From contig JAYFQF010000024.1 of the NCBI GenBank assembly GCA_034927285.1, positions 9,421 through 73,420 of the forward strand: 64,000 bases of DNA, read 5' to 3'. The position numbers and the translations under genes are program-made. The first letter of the stretch is position 1, and every line of letters starts with the position of its first letter. The DNA comes from Peptococcaceae bacterium (GTDB lineage: Bacteria > Bacillota > Peptococcia > DRI-13 > UBA5745). Below, piece by piece: positions 57,816 through 64,000 of this stretch. The notes under the pieces were generated by a model that was not told the origin of the DNA, searched no databases, and worked only from the letters and a program-made list of their open reading frames with translations.

Positions 57816-59189
57816 ATGGACAGAGATAAACTGTTGCGCATCTGTGTATTTTTTTATGCTCTTTTGAACGTGATTTACTATTTCTTTCCCTGGGAGCCCC
57901 TGTTTTACCTGGCATTAGCCAATTTGTTTTACGTTCTGGCGGCGGCGGTGTTCAGCCTGCCCAAAATCAGCCTGCGGGTGGTTTCAGGGCTTTTTGCCAT
58001 CGCCGTAGCCTTGATGCTCTACGGTGGGGCAACTCCCCTGCAATGGCTCAAAGGGCTGAATAAAAACGGCCTTTTGATCGCCCTTTTCACTTTTGGCCCG
58101 ATGCTGAACCTGCCTTTTACCTACAAGGACTACCAGTCGGAATTAAAGAATGTGGCCAAGCTTTATATGCGCACCATGATCCCCTTTAATCTCCTGATCG
58201 CTGTCCCCACCCATATTTTCGGGGCCCTGACCGGGTTTGCCGCCTTTGCCATCATGTATAATCTGTTTTTGGATACCAGCAAGCTTTATGACTCCGAGGA
58301 CATTTTTATCGCCACTTTGGGACGCAGCTACTCCACCGGCGGTTTCTGGGGCACCTCCTGGGCCGGTGTGGTCTTAGTGGTTTCTGAGCTGGGCATTCCC
58401 TGGTACCGGGTCATTTTGGTAGGCATGATCTTTACCGCGGTTTCCATTGGAATAAATCTGATCAGCATCAAGCTGAAGATGCTGAAAAACCCCGGCCGCT
58501 ATCCTACCCTGGCTCCGGAAGCGGATACCGTGGTGCAGTGGAGTAACATTTTTATGATGCTGGCGCTGTCCCTGGTCATCGTCCTGACCACCCTGGTCGT
58601 TAACCAGACTACAGGCTGGGAGCTGTTGGCCATCGTGCCTTTGGTATCGGTGTTTTTCCCGCCGCTGGTGGCCCTGATCCAGGGAAAGGTCCCGGAATAT
58701 AAGGAAGGCCTGAAAAAATACTTCGATAAGTCTTTGTATAAATGCCGTACGGAAACCTGCCTTTTCTGCGCGGCGGGTTTTCTGGCCGCCGCCCTGAATA
58801 TTTCCGGCGTAGGCGCCATGATCCCCAGGCTGATCCCCACCTTTTTGATCCGCTATCCCCTGCTTTTAGTTATCTCCCTGATGCTGCTTTTGATTATCCC
58901 CGGTCAGCTGGGCGTCCATCCTGTGGCCACCGGCACCACCATGGTAGCCACCATCGTCCCCGCCGCCATCGGCCTGACTGTACCGGTCTTTGCCCAAACC
59001 ATCATCTGCGCCTGGCTTTTGTCCAATATGATGTCGCCTTTTTCCGCCCTGAACCTGACTTTATCCGGGTTGTCGGGCAAAAGCTCATTTTATACCGGCC
59101 TGAAGCTGAACTGGCGTTACGGCGTGGTCTGCATCCTGGTTTACAGCGTGATGATCCTGGTCTTCGGCCCGCTTTTAGGCGGGCTATAA
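57816..59189 (+). CDS. Multi-TM secondary transporter (ion-transporter superfamily-like), substrate unknown
   Basis: ATG 57816 with AGGAGG-N7; about 12 hydrophobic helices. Confidence 0.75.
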   Translation: MDRDKLLRICVFFYALLNVIYYFFPWEPLFYLALANLFYVLAAAVFSLPKISLRVVSGLFAIAVALMLYGGATPLQWLKGLNKNGLLIALFTFGPMLNLPFTYKDYQSELKNVAKLYMRTMIPFNLLIAVPTHIFGALTGFAAFAIMYNLFLDTSKLYDSEDIFIATLGRSYSTGGFWGTSWAGVVLVVSELGIPWYRVILVGMIFTAVSIGINLISIKLKMLKNPGRYPTLAPEADTVVQWSNIFMMLALSLVIVLTTLVVNQTTGWELLAIVPLVSVFFPPLVALIQGKVPEYKEGLKKYFDKSLYKCRTETCLFCAAGFLAAALNISGVGAMIPRLIPTFLIRYPLLLVISLMLLLIIPGQLGVHPVATGTTMVATIVPAAIGLTVPVFAQTIICAWLLSNMMSPFSALNLTLSGLSGKSSFYTGLKLNWRYGVVCILVYSVMILVFGPLLGGL

Positions 59190-59290
59190 AAAAAGCGGCC
59201 GTTTCCGTCAGGTCAAAGGACCCCGGTTTCCGGCCGAATGATTTTTCCCTGATTTCTCAGGGATAGAAATGACACAAAGGTTTGCTTTGA

Positions 59291-60421
59291 TCAAGAGGTC
59301 TTCTTTCCCGGGGTCCATGACGCCGCCGGGCAGCCAAGAAGGCCTTTTTCTTTTTTCGGCTGCGGATATTGGGAAACCCGGGCTTCCAAAGCCCGTCTTC
59401 TCTGCGGAAGCTTCAGGCTGCCTGCGGAAACCAGACCGCCCAGGATCAGCCAGAAATAATAGTTCAGCCCTCTGGTTAAAAGCATCGCCGGCAGCACCAG
59501 GTTTTCGCCGAACACCCCGGCATAAAACAGGACAAAGGCCCCTTCCATCACGCCGGCGGCGCCGGGGATCGGCAGGGATTCCATGGACAGCGCCAGCATT
59601 GCCTGCATACCGATGAGCTTAAAAGGTCCCGTCCCGGCAAGGCCAAAGGCCCGGTATACCCAATAGGCCACGGAATAATAAGCTGCCAGGTGCAGCAGGG
59701 CAACGGCCAGAAGCGGCAGCAGGATCCCGGGATTCTCTTTAAGGAAGGCGGCTCCCCGCCGGTATTCCCTGACCTGTTCTTCCAGCTTTGCCCCGGCGGC
59801 GGCTTTATCCCTTACCAGTCCGTACCGGGCCAGAAGGCCCAGGACGCCGCCGGCCAGCCGGGGCAGCAGATTCCGGGAAAAGACCACCGTCATAAAAGCA
59901 ACGATTAAAAACAATTGGGCCGCCGCGCCATACAGCAGGAAATACTTGATCACGCCCATTTCCGCCGGCAATCCGCCGCCGAAAATCAGCACCGCGGCAA
60001 TGATCACCAGCGCCGCCAGATGATAAGCCAGATTAAACAGCAGAAGCACCAGGGAGGATGCGCCCATGGGAATACCGTCCCGGTTCATGAAATAGATCTG
60101 GGAAGGCTGGCCGCCGCAGCAGCCCGGCGTGATGGAACTGAAATAAAAGTCGATCAGGGAATAAGCATAGCAGCGGCCAAAACCCAGCCGGTAATTCAAT
60201 TTTCTCATCAAAAGCCAAAGGGCGAAAGCCTCCAGCCCAAAGAAACCGGCCATCACCGCCAGCCCCGCCAAAAGATACTCTCCCCGGGCTTGTCCCGCCA
60301 AGGCCAGCAGATCGGACAGCTCATTTTCCTTCAGCAGAAAGTGCAGGGTGAGGCCAAAGAGCAGAAAAATCAGGCCCAGACTCATGAGATTTTTTTTGTA
60401 ATCTTCTACCAGGCTACCCAT
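59291..60421 (-). CDS. MprF-flippase-like / lysyl-PG synthase TM-domain protein (HexF-like)
   Basis: YFSSITPGCCGGQP, LPIPGAAGVMEG, LLTRGLNYY. Confidence 0.85.
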   Translation of the reverse strand: MGSLVEDYKKNLMSLGLIFLLFGLTLHFLLKENELSDLLALAGQARGEYLLAGLAVMAGFFGLEAFALWLLMRKLNYRLGFGRCYAYSLIDFYFSSITPGCCGGQPSQIYFMNRDGIPMGASSLVLLLFNLAYHLAALVIIAAVLIFGGGLPAEMGVIKYFLLYGAAAQLFLIVAFMTVVFSRNLLPRLAGGVLGLLARYGLVRDKAAAGAKLEEQVREYRRGAAFLKENPGILLPLLAVALLHLAAYYSVAYWVYRAFGLAGTGPFKLIGMQAMLALSMESLPIPGAAGVMEGAFVLFYAGVFGENLVLPAMLLTRGLNYYFWLILGGLVSAGSLKLPQRRRALEARVSQYPQPKKEKGLLGCPAASWTPGKKTS

Positions 60422-60445
60422 GGCCGCCCTCCGCTTCCTTGACTT

Positions 60446-61207
60446 TCATTGTTTTTCTTCCGCCTTTTTTCCGCTTTCCGCCGCCTTTTCCCTTCCGGGG
60501 GAGAAAAGCGTTTTTTCATCCGGCAACGCAAACCGGTATCCGCGTTTTTTCATCTCCGGCAAAAAACGGCCCAAGGCCTCAATCATCTTAAGGGGCGCTC
60601 CTGCGGCAGCCGAACCTTCGCCGGAATCATGGAGACAGATCACCGCGCCGTTTCGGCTGCGGGCAAAAAGCTTTTTCAGCAAAAGCTCCGGCTCCGCGTC
60701 TTGCCGCCAGTCCTGGACCATCACGTCCCAAAGCAGCAGTTTCATTCCGGATCTTCTCAGACAATACAGGGCGCAGAGATTTAAATTCCCATATGGCGGC
60801 CGGCAGCGGCAAAGGCCGGTACAGCCGGCTTCCTTAAGCATCTCCGGTCCCACAAAAAAATCTTTGGCTGTGGCCGCCGGGCCTTTAAACCACAGATTGC
60901 CATGGTTTACGCCGTGGAAGCCCACGCCGTGGCCTTCCGCCAGAATCCGCCTCACCAGCTCCGGATGAGCCTTGGCTTTTTCCGCCAACAAAAAAAAGGT
61001 GCAGCAAACCTTTTCTTTCGCCAGTAAATCCAGAAGCTGTGGCGTATAGCGGGGATCCGGGCCGTCGTCAAAGGTCAGGATCAGTTTTTTTTCTATGGCT
61101 GCCGATTTTTTTCTGTATTTAAAATAAAAGGTGGGCAAAGGGCCGTAGCAAGCCCAAAGCCCGGCGAAGCCCGCCGCCGTTCCGGCGGCGGTTGAAAACC
61201 AACTCAT
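60446..61207 (-). CDS. Polysaccharide deacetylase (HexD-like)
   Basis: LTFDDGPDPRYT, GFHGVNH, RPPYG, ICLHD. Confidence 0.9.
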   Translation of the reverse strand: MSWFSTAAGTAAGFAGLWACYGPLPTFYFKYRKKSAAIEKKLILTFDDGPDPRYTPQLLDLLAKEKVCCTFFLLAEKAKAHPELVRRILAEGHGVGFHGVNHGNLWFKGPAATAKDFFVGPEMLKEAGCTGLCRCRPPYGNLNLCALYCLRRSGMKLLLWDVMVQDWRQDAEPELLLKKLFARSRNGAVICLHDSGEGSAAAGAPLKMIEALGRFLPEMKKRGYRFALPDEKTLFSPGREKAAESGKKAEEKQ

Positions 61208-62337
61208 CAGGCCACCTTCATTTCCCTGTTTACGCAGGCCGACAAAAAGCGCGGCAGCGCCTCTTGATCCAGTCCCGCCTTGACCCGCCGCATATTTTCG
61301 CGGATCACCTCCAACAGGTAGGGGTTATCCAGCAGGCAGGCGATTTCTCCCAAAGCCTGTTCCGGTTTTTTTGCCAGTACCATCCCCAGGCCTTCCTGAT
61401 CCACAAACCGGCCGTTTTTCACTTCCTGGGCCAGGAAAGGCCGGAATAATAACAGCGGCAGTTCGGCGTGGATAGCCTCAAATAAGGTGATGCCGCCGGG
61501 CTTGGTGATCAGGAGATCCGCCCGGGCCATCAACCGGTCCACTTCCTGGCTGTAGCCCAACACCGTAATATTGGCGAATTTCCCCTGGAGCTTGTCATAG
61601 AGCTTCCGGTTTCCCGCCGTCACCACCGTGGTATGCACCCCCGGCAGCCGGTTCAGCTTCTGATAAAATTCCGGCTTTTCCGGCAGGAGCCCCAAACCGC
61701 CCCCCATGATCAAAAGCTCCCGGCAGGGAGACTTGTCCCCGGAGGGAAGCCCGCCGCCGGCAGACTTTGCAAAAGCTCTGCCTACGGGTATGCCGCTGAC
61801 GGCAATTTTTTCCGGCTCCACTCCACGGCGCACCAGTTCTTCCTTAGTGCTTTGGGCCGCTACCAAATAGAGATCGGTTGTATCATTAATCCAGACGTTG
61901 TGGCTGGTGACATCGGTGATACAGGTCACTAAAGGCACCCGGCTGCCACAGGCTCTTTTATACTCATCCATCAGCTTGGCGCATAAGGAGTAGGTGGCTA
62001 CCACCGCGTCGGGCCGGAAGCTCTCCACCTGCCGGGCCAAGGCCTTCAGCATATGGTTGTGGACAGGATTCTGGACCTCAGGCCCGGACATGGCCAGCCC
62101 GGCCCTGGGGGGCTTGAGAGCGCTTTTGTAGGCCAGATTATAAAGAAGGCAGCCCCGTTCCACCAAAGAGGAATATACGTGGTAGATCATCTGGCAGCAG
62201 CCGGGAAAGGCGCCTTCGTAGATGTCGAAAATCTTTACTTCCGCTGCGGGATGAGTCTTTTGGATCTCCTCTGCCAAAGTTGAGGCGGCAGAATAATGCC
62301 CCATCCCGAATTTTCCTGTAATTAGCAATACCTTCAT
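61207..62337 (-). CDS. MGDG synthase/UgtP-like GT28 glycosyltransferase (HexS-like)
   Basis: GKFGMGHYSAA, SGIPV, MGGGLG, ITKPGGITLFEA, QEVKNG. Confidence 0.9.
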   Translation of the reverse strand: MKVLLITGKFGMGHYSAASTLAEEIQKTHPAAEVKIFDIYEGAFPGCCQMIYHVYSSLVERGCLLYNLAYKSALKPPRAGLAMSGPEVQNPVHNHMLKALARQVESFRPDAVVATYSLCAKLMDEYKRACGSRVPLVTCITDVTSHNVWINDTTDLYLVAAQSTKEELVRRGVEPEKIAVSGIPVGRAFAKSAGGGLPSGDKSPCRELLIMGGGLGLLPEKPEFYQKLNRLPGVHTTVVTAGNRKLYDKLQGKFANITVLGYSQEVDRLMARADLLITKPGGITLFEAIHAELPLLLFRPFLAQEVKNGRFVDQEGLGMVLAKKPEQALGEIACLLDNPYLLEVIRENMRRVKAGLDQEALPRFLSACVNREMKVA

Positions 62338-62390
62338 TCCATTCTCACCTGCCGTTGGTTTCTTCCTGACGCTCTTTTCTTCACATCTTC

Positions 62391-62456
62391 AGTATATCCC
62401 GAAAATCTTACAATTCCAGTCCCCTAATGCTTAAAATATTCTTAAAAAGAAATTAA
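62391..62456 (-). promoter_or_regulatory. Activator-dependent promoter with TTAAG-N6-TTAAG direct repeats
   Basis: -10 TATACT (62391-62396), poor -35, CTTAA at 62430 and 62441 and ATTAA at 62452 (11-bp period). Confidence 0.5.
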
Positions 62457-62611
62457 AAGTGTCGGGCCAGCTGCCGCCGGCAGCCGGGGCCTTCCCTCAC
62501 GCGGAGTTGGCTGGATCTGTCAAAGAGAGGCACTATCCTTTGCGGATACCGCCTCTCCTTCTTTTCCGTATCGGTTTTTGCCAGGGTTCGGCAAGAAGCT
62601 GCTATTTTTGT

Positions 62612-63376
62612 TTACAGCCCCAGATATAAAATGTTGAGACGGTCCGTTTCCGTGTCCCGGGTCACTTTTGCCCGCACTGAAAAGACCCGGTGAAGCAAGT
62701 CTTCGGTCAGCACTTCCGCCGGCTTTCCGGAGGCGACGATCCGCCCGCCGGACATAACATAAAGCCGGTGGCAATAACAAGCGGCCAGATTCAGGTCGTG
62801 CATTGCGGCAAAGACCTCGATTCCCAGCCCTTTTACCGTCTCCAAAAGCTGGATCTGATACTGAATATCCAGATGGTTGGTGGGCTCGTCCAGGATCAGC
62901 GCGTCAGGCTGCTGGGTCAGGGCCCGGGCAATCAGCACCCGCTGCCGTTCCCCTCCGGACAGGGTATTGAATTTCCGCCTGGCAAACTCAAGCATTCCTA
63001 CCTTTGCCAAAGAACCGTAAGCCAATTCATAGTCCGCCTGGCTGTCGCCTTCCAGCATCTTTTTATGAGGGGTCCGCCCCATCAGCACCACTTCCTCCAC
63101 CGTGAAATCAAAATTCAGCGTACTGATCTGGGTCATTACCCCCAGTTTTTTGGCCGATTCCTTAAGGGTGATCCCGGATAAAGGCTTGCCGTCAAGCATC
63201 ACCGCGCCGCAGCAGGGCTTGAGCACCCGGTAGATCGTTTTAAGAAAGGTGGATTTCCCGCTGCCGTTTGGCCCGACGATGCCGACAAATTCCCGGTTGT
63301 CCACCTTTGCGGTGAGATCCTGGATAATCGTTGCGTCCCCTATGCGAACCGATACTTTTTCCGTCCTGATTTCCAT
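62612..63376 (-). CDS. FepC/FecE-like ABC ATP-binding protein (iron-siderophore/cobalamin)
   Basis: [33 protein letters not shown]. Confidence 0.93.
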   Translation of the reverse strand: MEIRTEKVSVRIGDATIIQDLTAKVDNREFVGIVGPNGSGKSTFLKTIYRVLKPCCGAVMLDGKPLSGITLKESAKKLGVMTQISTLNFDFTVEEVVLMGRTPHKKMLEGDSQADYELAYGSLAKVGMLEFARRKFNTLSGGERQRVLIARALTQQPDALILDEPTNHLDIQYQIQLLETVKGLGIEVFAAMHDLNLAACYCHRLYVMSGGRIVASGKPAEVLTEDLLHRVFSVRAKVTRDTETDRLNILYLGL

Positions 63377-63399
63377 TCAGGTCCTCCTTTCCCCTCACT

Positions 63400-64000
63400 T
63401 CATTCCTCGCCAAAGCCATAGGTTTTGGTCAACATCAGCCAGATAAAGAAGGGGCCGCCGATCATCGAAGTGACGATGCCGATGGGCAGCTCGGTATTGC
63501 CCAGGAACATCCGGGCGAAAACGTCGCACCAGATCAGAAAAATAGCGCCGCTGATGATGGAAATCGGCACCACCCGCCGGTGATCGGAACCCACCAGCAT
63601 CCGGACCACATGAGGGACGATAAGCCCTACAAAACCGATGGTTCCCGACGCCGCCACCACCACTCCGGTGATGGCCGAGGCGCAGATCAGATAGACCTTC
63701 CGGATAGAGGTAACATTGATCCCCAGGGTCAGGGCCGCTTCGTCTCCGATCAAAAGGGTATTGAGTGTCCGGAATTGGGTCAGAAAAAAGATCACCCCGG
63801 CGCCTACCACCACACTGGGGATGCCCAAAAGCGTCCAGGAGGAAGCGGTCAATCCTCCCATCATCCAAAAGGTCACCGAGCGGATGCCTTCGGCATCCTT
63901 GGCGGTATAAATAACAAAATTCGTGAACGCCGAACAGATGGCGTTGACCGCCATGCCGGCCAGCAGCAGCTTGATGGCGCCGGCCGGAGATCTGCCGGAA
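63400..64000 (-). CDS. FecCD family ABC permease (5' part outside window)
   Basis: Frame open to the edge (...AIKLLLAGMAVNA); GDEAALTLG, IGFVGLIVPH, ELPIGIVTSMIGGPFF. Confidence 0.9.
   Translation of the reverse strand, partial: SGRSPAGAIKLLLAGMAVNAICSAFTNFVIYTAKDAEGIRSVTFWMMGGLTASSWTLLGIPSVVVGAGVIFFLTQFRTLNTLLIGDEAALTLGINVTSIRKVYLICASAITGVVVAASGTIGFVGLIVPHVVRMLVGSDHRRVVPISIISGAIFLIWCDVFARMFLGNTELPIGIVTSMIGGPFFIWLMLTKTYGFGEE

Noticed and set aside
15337-63910. Many long antisense or alternate-frame ORFs in the track (e.g. 16885..18255 +, 22844..23968 +, 28578..29567 -, 37255..38277 +)
   Set aside because: Shadows of real GC-rich genes; they lack RBSs and motifs and fully overlap confidently assigned CDSs.

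Overview
64-kb chromosomal window from a Clostridia-class anaerobe (inferred from gene content and strong GGAGG RBSs; core DNA about 55-60% GC by eye). The left ~13.5-15 kb is a lower-GC accessory island, all on the minus strand: blaI/blaR1-like pair, Fic protein, large serine recombinase, small Cro/C1 HTH and a type 1 BREX defence operon (brxA-brxB-brxC-pglX-[two unknown genes]-pglZ, running off the left edge). The rest looks core-like: an anaerobic purine/urate-degradation cluster (xdh, hydA, ygfK, ssnA, YheO-type regulator, ygeY, ygeW, arcC; no ygeX in the window), a two-component system, an FMN-riboswitch rib operon, ABC transporters, split TfoX genes, an ECF sigma/RsgI-PepSY pair, an orphan CI/Cro-like switch ahead of a tctCBA-yunC operon, sfsA/rnr/AKR, two paralogous Rossmann proteins facing a transporter, a hexSDF-like glycolipid operon and a partial FecCD/FepC ABC system. 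Best candidates for novelty: the two uncharacterised genes inside BREX (one with a probable ATA start, an internal start and an amyloid-like motif), a terminator/antiterminator leader upstream of ssnA-ygfK that fits no riboswitch I recognise, and the five-operator CI/Cro switch with no phage. No CRISPR array, rRNA or convincing tRNA was seen. All calls are by eye; no searches were run.
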